Source: Podarcis vaucheri (taxonomy: Eukaryota). From it: DNA of 64,000 nucleotides. The first letter of the stretch is position 1; each line of letters starts with the position of its first letter. This document shows, piece after piece, positions 26,548 through 37,658 of the stretch. The position numbers and the translations under genes are program-made. The notes beneath the pieces were generated by a model that was not told where the DNA came from, did not search any database, and saw only the letters and a program-made list of their open reading frames with translations. The stretch lies in the NCBI GenBank assembly GCA_965113315.1, contig OZ220365.1; one strand, 5' to 3'.

Positions 26548-27395
26548 CTGTGTAATCAGGACAGAGGGTTGATGAGAAGGAGCCTCCAGCCAGGTAAGAT
26601 GGCCACGAGGGCTTGAAAGACCTATGTGAATCCACCCATTCATCTGATGGAGCCTCTCCTGCATGTACCATTGTCTTCTGACACTTTCATTGGGACAGCA
26701 TCGCATATGTGGAACTCCCTGTCCTCAGAGTCTAGATCACTTTTCTCTTTATCTCAGTTCCACCAGAGTTTGAAGACCATTTTCCTTTGAAATGAGCCTT
26801 TAATTCTGTTGCTGTGCAATTTCATTGCTAATGTCTCGTCTCTGGGGCCTGGGCCATGGGTTTTTTTTAATGCAGCTTTCAGAATTGAATTAGGTTGGCA
26901 TTTATCTAGTCATTTTAGTGGTGAAATTTTTGTGTTTTGTGAAGCTCTCTGAACATCTCCCTTTGGTTCGGAGAAAATGAAGAGAGATTGTTGTGTAAGT
27001 AAATCTTCTTAAGAATGCCGGGGGCTCTGTCTTCTGCATTCTCAGTTATCTTTCCTCTACTAGAATCCTGCATAAACAATGTGAAAATATGGCCACCTAT
27101 ATATATTTTTGATTAGGCCAACATTTTGGTAAGATAAAAAACTTACCATAAAAGATGACATGAAAATCAATGAGAGTTTGGATAAAATGACTGAAAGAAA
27201 AATCTGTTGGCCTTTCCTTCAATTATTTCCCAATCATCTTTGAAATAAGTTTTTGTATGACAGCATAGCTCATTTTAAAATGCACTTGAAGCTGAATTTT
27301 GAAGCAAAGTTGTGTATGTTTAGCCTGGAGAAGAGGAGAGTGAGAGGAAATATGTGAGCCATCTTCAAGTATCTCAAGGGCTGTCAGATGGAAGA

Positions 27396-27656
27396 AGAAG
27401 AAGAAGAAGAGAAGAAGAGTGTGAATTTGATATCCCGCTTTATCACTACCCGAAGGAGTCTCAAAGCGGCTAACATTCTCCATTCCCTTCCTCCCCCACA
27501 ACAAACACTCTGTGAGGTGAGTGGGGCTGAGAGACTTCAGAGAAGTGTGACTAGCCCAAGGTCACCCAGCAGCTGCATGTGGAGGAGCGGGGAAGCGAAC
27601 CTGGTTCACCAGATTACGAGGCTACTGCTCTTAACCACTACACAACACTGGCTCCC
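27396..27656 (-). mobile_element. Squam3-type SINE nested in CR1
   Basis: Reverse copy of 8415-8663; TSD ATGGAAGA at 27388-27395 and 27657-27664. Confidence 0.88.
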
Positions 27657-27912
27657 ATGGAAGATGGTGCATGCTTGTTTTCTCCTGCTCTGGAGGGTAG
27701 GACCCAAACCAATGGATTCAAGTTAAAAGAAAAGAGATTCCAACTAAACACCAGGAAGAACTTTCTAATGGTGAGAGCTGTTCAACAATAGAAAAGATTC
27801 CCACAAGAGATGGTAGACTCGTCTTCCTTGGAGGTTTTTAAGCAGAGGTTGGATGACCATCAGTCATGGATGCTTTAGTTGAGATTCCTCATTGCAGGGG
27901 GTTGGATTAGAT

Positions 27913-28047
27913 CAGGCATAGGCAAATTCTGCCCTCCAGATTTTTGGGACTACAACTCTCATCATCCCTAGCTAACAGGATCAGTGGTCAGGGATGCTGG
28001 GAGTTGTAGTCCCAAAACATCTGGAAGGCCAAGTTTGCCTATGCCTG
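27913..28047. mobile_element. Palindromic hAT MITE nested in CR1
   Basis: TIRs CAGGCATAGGCAAA / TTTGCCTATGCCTG; perfect 8-bp TSD gattagat. Confidence 0.88.
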
Positions 28048-28404
28048 GATTAGATGATCCTCAGGGTCCCTTCCAACCCTACAATTCTATGTACACTACA
28101 ATTCACTCAGTATATCAGTTTTTATAAATCCCAGTCCAAGCACAATTCAAGGCATATTAATTGAGCATACCAGTAGATTTTGGGCTGCTGAAATTCAATT
28201 CCGTTGTGTTGGCTTAAATCAGAGATGGAGAACATCTGGCCTGCAAATGTAATCTAGCTCATCAAACCTCTGAATCTACTGCCAGCAAGCTCCCTAGGCT
28301 ATCTCATTCTACCTAGCTCTACCCTTTAAAAATATGAATAAATCTGAGCAGTTCACAAACCATATTCAATGCAACAGAAAAACTTTTTTTTCTAAAAAGA
28401 ATAA

Positions 28405-28410
28405 TTTATT
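28405..28410 (-). promoter_or_regulatory. Polyadenylation signal AATAAA overlapping the stop codon of the unassigned gene
   Basis: Minus strand reads CCT TAA TAA ATT. Confidence 0.5.
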
Positions 28411-28561
28411 AAGGGGGGTAAAAAGCATTGTTTAAACAGTCTGAATAGAGGTGGCCTTCTGAACTGTCCGTCTCCTCAGGCTCAAAGTCATCAGGGTCTT
28501 GCGCTAACTGGTCCGTGTCTTCGTCTGAAGTGGAAGGGCGTGTTAGGATGATTCGAGGTAT
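28409..28561 (-). CDS. Terminal exon of an unassigned gene: IPRIILTRPSTSDEDTDQLAQDPDDFEPEETDSSEGHLYSDCLNNAFYPP*
   Basis: Long polypyrimidine tract ending ccaag|, phase 0, 50 codons plus TAA; AATAAA overlaps the stop; acidic protein-like composition with retained CpGs. Confidence 0.7.
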   Translation of the reverse strand: MPRIILTRPSTSDEDTDQLAQDPDDFEPEETDSSEGHLYSDCLNNAFYPP

Positions 28562-28924
28562 CTTGGATACAGTAAAAGAATGCAGGGAAGGGGGTAGGGA
28601 AGAGAAGTGAATTGCACAAGAGAATCTAGAAGCTAACATTCGTTTGCTGCCAGGAACTCTCCTCTGACACAGATCTCCCTTGCAAATTTTAATGTCATGC
28701 ATTTTCCACATATTCTCTGAATGCTTAACTGTTCCCCAAATGTTGGATAGCTTAGGAATAGTCTATTCTCATATCCTTCTTCCTCATATTGGAAGGAGAG
28801 GCCCACCTACAGTGAAAATATGGCTGGGGTAGGACCAGAGAGGGTCTGTGCTCAGATTATATATGGGGTTTTGATGGATGGTTTTATATTGCTGGATTTT
28901 TTCATTCTATTTTTTAGAATGTAC

Positions 28925-29159
28925 GCTTTCAAGCACAATTCAAAGTGTTGGTGCTGACCTTTAAAGTCCTAAATGGCCTCGGCCCACCCCCTTTGTTCAG
29001 CCCAAACACAGGTCCAGCTCCGAGGGCCTTCTGGTGGTTTCCTCAGCACAAGAAGTGAAGTTACAGGGAACCAAGAAGATGGCCTTCATCCTGTGGAATG
29101 CCCTCCCATCAGATGTCAAGGAAATAAACAACTATATGATTTTTAGAAGACACCTGAAG
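28925..29159 (+). mobile_element. L2-like LINE fragment
   Basis: ttcaaagtgttggtgctgacctttaaagtcctaaatggcctcggcc...ctgtggaatgccctccc...: typical L2 ORF2 end. Confidence 0.65.
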
Positions 29160-29298
29160 CAGTGGCGTAGCGTGGGTTCTCAGCACCCGGGCCAAGGCAA
29201 GTAATTTGCGCCCCCTAACCCGTGGATTTTAGCACTCGAGTCTCTTCCGCGCCCCCCCCAGATGTTGCGCCAGGTGCACCCCCCACGCTACGCCACTG
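29160..29298. mobile_element. hAT MITE (CAGTGGCGTAG family), TSD not matched
   Basis: Same TIRs and body as 7507-7654. Confidence 0.8.
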
Positions 29299-29315
29299 CT
29301 CCCACCACAAGTCTT

Positions 29316-29453
29316 CAGGACAGCCATACGAAGGCTGGCGCGGGGAGAAGGTCTCTCCGCCCCACCGCCAGGCTTCGGAGCAGCCTTCCGAAGGCTGGCG
29401 GCGGGAGGAGGTCTCTCCGCCCCACCGCCAGGCTTCGGAGCAGCCTTCCGAAG
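29316..29453. repeat. GC-rich 60-bp tandem repeat, about 2.3 units
   Basis: cgaaggctggcg..ggag.aggtctctccgcccaccgccaggcttcggagcagccttc repeated at a 60-nt period. Confidence 0.85.
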
Positions 29454-29768
29454 CGGGGGTGGGAGAAGAAGCAGAATGTTAACTAATTCTAACTATTGGT
29501 AAATAGTATTCATTCTCCAAAGTCGATGATGCATTTGAAACCTTCTGACAAGAGCCCAGGCTAACACTGACATCTGGTGGGTTGTTTTTAATTCAGTACA
29601 AGAACCAGACAGATAACTTACCATTCATGGGTAGGTGGGTATAAATAAAAAGAACAGGGGTTTTTTTCTTCTGGGGAGGGGAGATTAAGCTATATTTTAC
29701 CAAAACATAATAGTAACACCTCTTCAGACACTATTAATGCATAAATATCTTCCTCCATCATTACTTAC

Positions 29769-29864
29769 TGTTATAACATGATTTACTGTCTGGAATGGTC
29801 CACTTTTGGAGGGCATCTCAACAGGGCCAGAATCAGGTGTGCTGGGTTCTGATATAATGGCATC
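29769..29864 (-). CDS. Unassigned gene exon: DAIISEPSTPDSGPVEMPSKSGPFQTVNHVIT
   Basis: tctttttctttttaag| ... ACA|gtaagt, 96 nt, phase 0/0, open. Confidence 0.68.
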
Positions 29865-30391
29865 CTTAAAAAGAAAAAGAAGAAAAATAGCCAATTCACT
29901 TTTCAGGCATTATTAAAACAGGTGAGGAAACCTGGAACCATGTTTATTCAACAAGTGAAAAAACCACCTCTCTCTCTCTCTCTCGGCCATTATTTACTCA
30001 AAGAATTTCTTACCCACTCTTCATTATTGAAAGTCACCTCAGAATAAGTTACAGTAGAAACGTTACAGACCAGAGACGTCATGAAAGGACAAAATAAATA
30101 GAGGTACAGCCCAGAACCTAACAACCAACAACTGAAGCATGCCACCAGATTCATCTAAAGGTCTGGGTGAAAAGTTAAGTCTTCGGCAGCACTGGACTTA
30201 GGTTCATAATATTATTATTAGAATTGGCATTTTAGTCACCTTTTTTGTTTACAAAAAGTAACCAAGAGCAACTTACATTTGAAAATTTTCTCACAGAAGA
30301 AGAGAGCAATTTTCTTTCAGTACAGGCCATCTGCTAAAATACACTGCTGAAAGAGGGTAGTCCACAACTAATGAGCTTAATTCAGTATTAA

Positions 30392-30569
30392 AGGTAAAGG
30401 TAAAGGTACCCCTGCCCGTACGGGCCAGTTGTGTCCGACTCTAGGGTTGTGCGCCCATCTCACTTAAGAGGCCGAGGGCCAGCGCTGTCCGGAGACACTT
30501 CCGGGTCCCGTGGCCAGCGTAACGAAGCTGCTCTGGCGAGCCGGCACCAGCACAGCACACAGAAATGCC
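30392..30569 (-). mobile_element. 5'-truncated Sauria SINE
   Basis: (ACCTTT)n tail; 13-bp TSD aattcagtattaa (30379-30391 / 30570-30582). Confidence 0.85.
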
Positions 30570-30666
30570 AATTCAGTATTAAGTGACCTTTAATAACCCA
30601 CCTAACCTACCTTGCAGTCCAGGAGAGCATTTCATAAAGTGAAATATGAAAGCAAAGACTCTATAC

Positions 30667-30744
30667 CTCCGCAACTTTGTCTTCAGATTGTACCCCAGCC
30701 AAGTCAAGTGGGCCATCTTTGGACACATGTGCTATTAAGATTCC
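30667..30744 (-). CDS. Unassigned gene candidate exon: GILIAHVSKDGPLDLAGVQSEDKVAE
   Basis: tttctccccag| ... GAG|gtatag, 78 nt, phase 0/0, open. Confidence 0.45.
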
Positions 30745-30923
30745 CTGGGGAGAAATCAGACATTTCAGACCTGGGAGTTTATTTTGGTAGCTATGCATTA
30801 CTAAGTGCACAGGGAGAAAAAAACTGCCTTAAAAATTATATGGACACCAGTTATTTTGGTGGGCACAACAACAAAAATTGAAGCCAGCCTTCCCGGGCTA
30901 GTAAGATCAAACCAAAAATTCAC

Positions 30924-31019
30924 TTGGGAGAGAAGAGGGCCAGAATCAGGTGTGCTGGGTTGGGAAGAGATTTGAGACCATGAACAGAAATGTTTTTGTG
31001 GCATGATGACACGGAGACC
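30924..31019 (-). CDS. Unassigned gene exon: GLRVIMPQKHFCSWSQISSQPSTPDSGPLLSQ
   Basis: ctccttgctcttggggcag| ... CAA|gtgaat, 96 nt, phase 0/0; shares an identical 26-nt block (PSTPDSGP) with the 29769-29864 exon. Confidence 0.55.
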
Positions 31020-31642
31020 CTGCCCCAAGAGCAAGGAGCAATTGTGAAATGAACAGGTGTGATACTTGCATTAGCATAGAAGCAAGTAGAGTCACCTTGA
31101 ATCAAGGTGGGAAATGATACTGGTAATGGCATTTCCAACATATGGGCTTTGTATACAAACAAACAAACAAATATTATTTTAGTCATCCCTCAAGAAGTGG
31201 CAATTCATGTGATTATTCTGAGGTTCAGCATAAGCTAATCTTTCTGCTTTTCTTATTAAGACAGGCTGCCATGTAATGACTTCCAATGAGACAATGGCAA
31301 GACAGGAGGACGGCTGTTTTGGTCTCTCACAACAAAGAATTAGTAGTTGGAAAATGTGTGAGTAATGAAATGCACCTCATCATTTTCTTTACATGAAGAT
31401 GAGCCCTTTCCACCAGCAATGCTAATACCAAGACTCCCCATTTGACTGCACACAGTAATCGTTATCTGGAAGAGAATTGTAGTTCATATTGAATAGGCAG
31501 TTAACAAGCAAACACAACACTTATTCATTATTATTAGACAAGCAACAAGTAATGAAACTCATGCATGACACACACACATGGAAAATGCTGTTTCGTTCAA
31601 AATGAACAGAGATCTCAGCAGTGCCTGTGCTGCAGTAATTAC

Positions 31643-31666
31643 CTTTTTAAACATGGTGGCACAGAA
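31643..31666 (-). CDS. Unassigned gene candidate microexon: FCATMFKK
   Basis: tattctttcag| ... AAG|gtaatt, 24 nt, open in phase 0/0. Confidence 0.4.
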
Positions 31667-32616
31667 CTGAAAGAATACTTATACAACATAAATGGCAGCC
31701 CCATTAAATAAATTCTAAGATATATTTGTTTATGACTCCTGGAAGACGGACGTTATTGAGGAAGTGTGAAGGAATTGGAGACAACCCCAGCAGATTCACC
31801 CAAACCCTCCAGCATTGACCCTCCCACCTGTTCTCCCTCCAGTTTCCTCCATCTTGTGATCTGGGATGCAATGCAATGGAACCTGTATCAACTGTCAACA
31901 CAAATTGCAATCTGACAGCTTAATTTTGGGATGGCATAATGAATGTAGGCAGTATATAATGGCAGTCTGGATTCAGAATTAGTCATCAGGGCTATGGATT
32001 TCAACGGTTCTGCATCAAGCAGGGCAGTCTGGATCCAACCCCATATTATTAGTTAGCCTCTTAATTTAACAATAAGTTAAAATGAATTATGCCATTAGGC
32101 AGTACAAAGTAGTATACCATTAGGTGCTCAAAACACAACATTTACACAAGGGTCCCTTTACCTTTACCTAATGTAAAAAAAAAAAAATCCTTTTAATGAT
32201 CAAAGCCAGCTTCAATTTTAAAAAATGCATTGTTTGACCAAGAAGCTTGCATAAGTTTAAAGCACAGATTTCTAGCACTCACGTCTCTAACAATTATTTT
32301 TAATAGTTTACATCTATTTTGTCTGTCTAGAAAATGTAATTAGTGAAAGCATAAGACAAGTCACAATTTCTGGGACGTTAATCCATGAATATTTTCCCTT
32401 AATTTAGTCAACAACACAATCCTCTACAGATCTACTCCAAATAAGTCCGAGTGGGGCTTGCTTCAAGGGATGTGGCTATAGGATGCAGTTTGAAATAAGC
32501 TTTGGGTTCTCAGCCTTCTTCTTCTTTACCTCCACTTAGAAAGAGTGCCTTTCCCTCACACACATTGCCTTGTATAAAAGTAACTGAGAGCGTGGGCCTA
32601 CTTTAGGGACCTAGGA

Positions 32617-32808
32617 AGGTAAAGGTAAAGGGACCCCTGACCATTAGGTCCAGTTATGGACGACTCTGGGGTTGCAGCACTCATCTCACTTTATTGGCCG
32701 AGGGAGCCGGCATACAGTTTCTGGGTCATGTGGCCAGCATGACTAAGCCACTTCTGGTGAACCAGAGCAGCGCACGGAAACGCCATTTACCTTCCCGCCG
32801 GAGCGGGA
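32617..32808 (-). mobile_element. 5'-truncated Sauria SINE
   Basis: aaggtaaaggtaaagggacccctgacc...ggtcatgtggccagcatgactaagcc...tttaccttcccgccggagcgg. Confidence 0.85.
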
Positions 32809-32897
32809 GCTAATGAATACAGACTGTTCCATTTATTAGCATTCCATTCTAGAAAGCAGAACCAAGAGGCAAATGCTTCTTCTTGCTCATGGGTTAC

Positions 32898-33152
32898 CTT
32901 CAAGGGTGACTGTGTTGTATCTGCAGCTCCTGGGATCTGCTCCTTGCTTTCTTTTGAAAACCTGTTGCCATCCGTCGGGAAGCTGTTTGCAGCTGCAACT
33001 GGAACCTGTGGTTTGCTGTTGGCCACTGGAAAGGGTTTTGACTTGGTTGCCACTTTTTGCCTTTCCTGTTGAAAAGTGACTCTAGCATTTCTTTGATCTC
33101 GAAGGTTGTCTCCAGAGTCAAAGAGACTCCCAGAGAATTTGGATATAGGCTC
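32898..33152 (-). CDS. Unassigned gene exon: EPISKFSGSLFDSGDNLRDQRNARVTFQQERQK...EQIPGAADTTQSPLK
   Basis: gtttgtttggttaaatttgcacag| ... AAG|gtaacc, 255 nt, phase 0/0, 85 open codons. Confidence 0.68.
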
Positions 33153-33930
33153 CTGTGCAAATTTAACCAAACAAACAAACCATGGCTTAGCTTTATGTGT
33201 GAACCAGACCACAGTAAATGTGAAAAGGCATGAAAGGCAGACAGAGCTGCTTGTGTAGCTTCACTCTCACTTCTGAAGTCACAGCCAGGATTAAATGTTT
33301 TCCACAAATCCAGAGAATCTCAGCTCAAGCTCTGAAATCAACAGTTTCTGACAGCAACTCAGATGTCTATGTGCAAATTTACATTGCTGTGAAAATCCCA
33401 AGATTATCAGTCAACAGTGATGATTGGCATTGTACAGTTCATCCTGTGAAAATCTGAAGAACAAAATTGTCTGTTCTGGACATACACTAGGGATAGTTGA
33501 TATATGTCAAAATAAACTAGTGAATTTTACTCAGCATAGACCCATTGAAATTATGAACATAAGTTAGGTCCATTAATTTCAATGTGTAAAATTTAGATGA
33601 ATACCACCCAGTTTCTCTCACACACCAAAGCCTCTATTTCCTGTTCCAGAATCTCTTGTTCTTTTGCCCTTCAAACTTCTCATTATTTTTTCAGCTACTT
33701 CTGATATGCAGCAATCATGTAAATGAGTATTGGACTGATTTCAATGAGTTCAAGGGCTATCATACTGCTAGAAAATCTGTGAATGTTATTACTTCCTAAT
33801 AACATTCAGAATCTACAACATTAGCCAGCATAATTTCTTTTTTCTCTCCTTGGTTCTTTTCTTTGATTTCCTCAAGCCTGAATATGGCTGCAGGAAGGTG
33901 CAGCATATCTTTTGCTGGATTGGCACTTAC

Positions 33931-34137
33931 ATCCTCATCAGGATCCTCCAGCTCCTCGGCTTCTTGTTCGGGGCTGATCCGCCCTTCCTTCCGTTTTTCA
34001 TTGGACGAGTTGAATTTGTACAGACTGCACCCTTGGACATTCTCCTTTCCCTTCAAAGAGCCCCAGCGAGAACCCTGGGAATTCCAGTTATGACTGCCAT
34101 ATAGCTTAGGAGACTTGGGAAGCCATTTGACAGAGTC
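33931..34137 (-). CDS. Unassigned gene exon: DSVKWLPKSPKLYGSHNWNSQGSRWGSLKGKENVQGCSLYKFNSSNEKRKEGRISPEQEAEELEDPDED
   Basis: cttttgctcttccatgcag| ... GAT|gtaagt, 207 nt, phase 0/0, 69 open codons. Confidence 0.68.
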
Positions 34138-35148
34138 CTGCATGGAAGAGCAAAAGCACAAGAGTTTAATTCAGCACAGAGTTCAGGCACTCGAAAAGGA
34201 TGCCTGCTAATTGGACACAAGCTAGAATAGATGACTTCAAGTTTGCCAGGCATCCAGTCAAGCACAGGCTTATCGGGTGTGTTGCGAAGTCAGCCAGTCA
34301 TTGGCTGTGGGAAATGAATGGAGTCACTATCTGATGACAAAAAGGTTGGACAATAGTGAGCAACTTAGAAGGTGCTGTTGCCTGCCAGAACAATAGGAGG
34401 CAGGGGAACACACACAGACATGCACTTTCATCAGTAGCTATTGGTAAACTCTTATTTTGTTGGACAGAGAGATGCCATGCAGAGATGAGACTATCCAGTA
34501 ACTTGGGCTATCTGCCCCATCTCAAGGCTTGTTTACCCTACCCTTCCCATGTGCTCTATCCCTCCCCATCATTCACACAATGCATAAATGGAAACATAAG
34601 TTTGGATGTTTCCATCCACAATATGTGAAAAGGGGGTGCGGGTTGCAGTGGCATGGATGAGCTCAAGGGAACGACAACACACCTTCCCAGATGCAGACAT
34701 GTCAGTCTTCCTGTCCCCAAGAAGACACCTGATCTTAAAACCAATCTACCAAATTTGTCAAAGTTTCATCTTAAATGTTTTGATACTTCCGGCAATCAAA
34801 CTGTACAAGAGCTATGGACTTTGCAACAAAGCTCAGCTTCTTCACAAACCTCTTGAACCTTTATTAGCCTTACAGGACGGATTAGATCAAAAAGAGTTGA
34901 AAAAGTAACTTCTAAGTTACTTTTGCCTCTGATGACAAATGTGCTTGGAAATTCATAAGAAACACCTGCTATCAAAGGGCTTATCAACTATGGTAGACTT
35001 AATAGTCTATTGGGCCATATCTGGTGCCATTCGTGATGACTGCCTAAAACATCCAGATGATAAAGACTAAGGTAGAACAACATATTTCAGGAGCATTCAT
35101 TTGTTTCTCCTCCTATAAAGCTCTGTACACCTTGGACCCATAACTTAC

Positions 35149-35184
35149 GCCTCATTTTGTCTTCCTGAGACTGAGTTAAGACCT
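35149..35184 (-). CDS. Unassigned gene candidate small exon (36 nt)
   Basis: ttgttaatacag| ... |gtaagt; open in phase 2/2 (GLNSVSGRQNE) or 1/1 (VLTQSQEDKMR). Confidence 0.4.
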
Positions 35185-37658
35185 CTGTATTAACAATACA
35201 CGAGCCTTGTTCAAACAGCAGAGTGATAACTTCAGCATGTTACTTTTCTTTCTTTTTATCCACTCATAGTTCCTGGGAATTGGTGGGCTATAGAAAAAAT
35301 CTAGGATATTTGGTAACTACAAGCAGTATTTAGGTGGTCTTAATCTCTATAAATAAGGCAAACACTCAGGAAATCCCCAGACTTGTGACAAGACAAAAAA
35401 AATGGCAAGCATATTCAAAGCAACAGCCCTTCCACTATCTTCACTGAGGACTGGATCAGATCATTAAATATCTTTAATTTATGCAAATTACATATTTATG
35501 CAACCTCTACACACAAACACATATGTACACATATGGGATGTGTAATTGTGTGATACACAAACAATGAATGGAACTTCCAGCAATGTGTCTGTTATGGCAC
35601 CATCTAGTGGATTCTGTTGCAAGAAACAAACGCAACAGATTTCCCTAGTTCATCTCCAATTGCTGGATCCTATGAAACATTTATTATCTCTATAGCCACA
35701 GACAGTGGCATGGTGAAACACTTCCCACTAGGTAAGCAGACTCTAGTGCGAGTCAAAGGAATCTGTCTCTAACCAACGTCTTCTAAAGAAAATGGACTTT
35801 TTGCCAACAGCAATTCAAGCCAAATGGGCTGACATAACAGAACACTTAGTTTAAACACACAAAATACGTAAAAGGGGATTTGTGGGTTATTTTTCTGAAT
35901 ACCTCTTTAAGTGTTTAAAAGATTCACACACTTCACGAAAAATCTGGTTCTTCAGCAGCTCTGTTCAGTACTAAGTAATTTACACTTCTAACGGCATTCA
36001 CACAACTGACAGCCATGCAAGATCTTTGATGGTCCTGCTCTGGATTATTATATTTTCAGTAATGGTTGATTGACAGTAATAAATATTTTGATTGATTATT
36101 ATGAGATATAGCTGAGAGAGGAACAGGGTTGGGGCAGAGACATGCAAAATCTTTTGGCAATCCCTGTGTTATGGTATCAGATTGTGTCAGGATAAGAGGA
36201 AATGTTTGATCAAGGAGTGGCGCTCAAGCAACTTTGGAGCTGGTTGAAGTATTCCATTTATGAATTAAACTCATGTTTGAGTTGGGAAAAACCAAATGAG
36301 ATGCTCCAAAATGGCACCCGTGAAGACCACAATACACAGCTGTTCAACCACAATACACAGCTGTTTCAGAAACCTATGCTGGTTACAAAGGAAGGAAATA
36401 CCGTCAGGCCCACAACTATGATTTAGCAGGTGTAGCCTAATTTCTCCACCGCCACCATCCTCACCAGCAAGGCAGGAGCCCGGACAGACAGGGTGCCTAA
36501 GCATGCCTGCTAACAGAACAAGAAGAGACTCAAAGGAACCAGTAACTACAAGCCTAAAGTGAGCTGTTGTTCAGGACCTAACCAGAACACACAGTCATCT
36601 CACAGCGGTAACAGAAATCACCATGATGAGAAACCAGGAAGCAAGCAAGCCAGCTGTTGAGCCAGCCAAGCACAGTTTTCTTTCCCCTTACACAAGGCGA
36701 GGGAGAAGCCCTGCGATGGGTAGACACTGAGCCACAGGATCCTTATCCTTCATCAGGGCAAACGGTTCCCCTTTGCTTCCCAGTGCAGAGAAACAAGCCA
36801 TCCGGCAAGCAAGCCGTGTTCCACAGTGTGCATGGAACCAATTGGCAAGCCCATGATCTGTATCATCAGACCAACTGGTAAAGAAAGTATGTTGCTATAC
36901 CAGCTTAGAGATCGATGGAAGCAGGAGGTGGGTAAGGAGCCTCCTCATTGCTGCCGAGACAAACACAGATGATCAGCGCCAAGTGCTTTAACTAAACACT
37001 GTGGAAAGTTATTTAGCTAACAGGTATTAGGGAGAGACTGCAACCAAGACTGATGGGATCCTTCAGACATTACAGCAGGGACAGGGAACATTTTTCAGCC
37101 TGAGGGCGACATTCCCTTCTGGGAAACATTCTGAGGGTCACATTCCAGTGATGAGGGGGTGGGCAGGTGGAAAAGTGTGTGGAGCAGCTGATGGCTATTT
37201 TACCTTTGTGCAGTAGTGTCATTTCTGCACACACACACACACACGTGCACACACACATCTAGACAAGCAAGAGGCATAATCAGATGCACATTCCAGCCAA
37301 GAAGAAAATCTAGGTTGCGAAGCAGGGAGCAAGTTCGAAGCACCAGATAAAGGCTTGAAGGGCTGCATTTGACTCTCAGGCCTGAGGTCCCCCACAGATG
37401 TGCTACAGTCATGGAAGCACAAAATGAGGACTGTAATCAACAACCTGATCTCCTGGGGTTCTCAACCGTGCAGGGAGCCTCCGTGTGTAGCAAAGGCTCC
37501 CTGCTGTAGAAGCTACAGAAGAGCACAAGCAAGCTAGAGGGAGCCATGCAGCATGAGGAGCAGAAATAAGGCACACCCTTGCAACTCCTTCAGGGCTGTG
37601 AATCCCAAAGAGGGCTTCAGGGTAGGAAGCCGAGTCGGGCTCTTAGGTCCATCTAGTC

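Larger units (their letters stand above)
27316..28091 (+). mobile_element. CR1 LINE 3' fragment hosting two nested insertions
   Basis: tgtttagcctggagaagaggaga...ttcaagtatctcaagggctgtca...ggtcccttccaaccctacaattctatg. Confidence 0.88.

Noticed and set aside
27913-28047. Long hairpins resembling pre-miRNAs (also 37659-37796, 58580-58702, 418-463)
   Set aside because: Explained by palindromic MITEs or a short inverted repeat; no evidence of small-RNA processing.
29316-29453. Repeat array resembling CRISPR
   Set aside because: Eukaryotic DNA with head-to-tail units and no unique spacers.
31096-31882. Exon-like segments 31828/31800-31882 and 31096-31146
   Set aside because: Their phases (0/1 or 0/2; 1/1 or 2/2) do not return to the phase 0 required by exon 30924-31019, and the acceptors are weaker. 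Left out of the model.
16775-36365. Small two-copy tandem duplications (22 bp near 16775-16820; 21 bp near 36326-36365)
   Set aside because: Ordinary slippage duplications in non-coding DNA.
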